From NCBI GenBank assembly GCA_043228905.1, contig JBHGNT010000005.1, forward strand, positions 2,480,001 through 2,544,000: 64,000 nucleotides of DNA, written 5' to 3'. Below the pieces are notes generated by a model. It was not told where the DNA came from, searched no databases, and saw only the letters and a program-made list of their open reading frames with translations. Source of the stretch: Azolla caroliniana. Lineage: Eukaryota; Plantae; Polypodiophyta. Of this stretch, positions 63,932 to 64,000 are shown one piece after another; the stretch's first letter is position 1; each line of letters starts with the position of its first letter. Made by a program: the position numbers and the translations under genes.

Positions 63932-64000
63932 TTCTCTTCATGGCGAGGTGATTTGAACCCATTGAGCTTGCTTGTGGATTTTTATTTTGTTTTATTTTAT

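Overview
AT-rich, intron-containing land-plant nuclear DNA. It is probably a fern or other seed-free plant, an inference from the style of the PLS-PPR remnants and the RTEX-like LINE. Spliced gene models could be rebuilt with in-phase GT-AG junctions. They are a HYL1/DRB1-like dsRNA-binding protein with a tail of ~29-aa repeats (-), a D6PK-like AGCVIII kinase (+), an intronless 14-Cys defensin-like peptide (-), an LRR-XIV receptor-like kinase (-), a cytosolic HSP70 with a phased heat-shock-element (HSE) promoter (-), a SYP5-type Qc-SNARE with an unresolved N-terminus (+), and a small Lys/Cys-rich secreted, probably GPI-anchored, protein of unknown family (+). Mobile DNA includes a near-complete Ty1/copia element with TSD, PBS, PPT, minisatellite-bearing LTRs and one late nonsense mutation. 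There is also a decayed LINE in a (TC)n tract just upstream of HSP70, a TSD-flanked short retro-insertion, and PPR/LINE debris. The most unusual signal is a tRNA-derived (Pol III A/B-box) module found three times. Twice it is part of a conserved convergent tRNA-like dimer, one copy lying at the LINE 3' end. Once it lies inside a TSD-flanked solo LTR that also carries a perfect 4-unit HSE.
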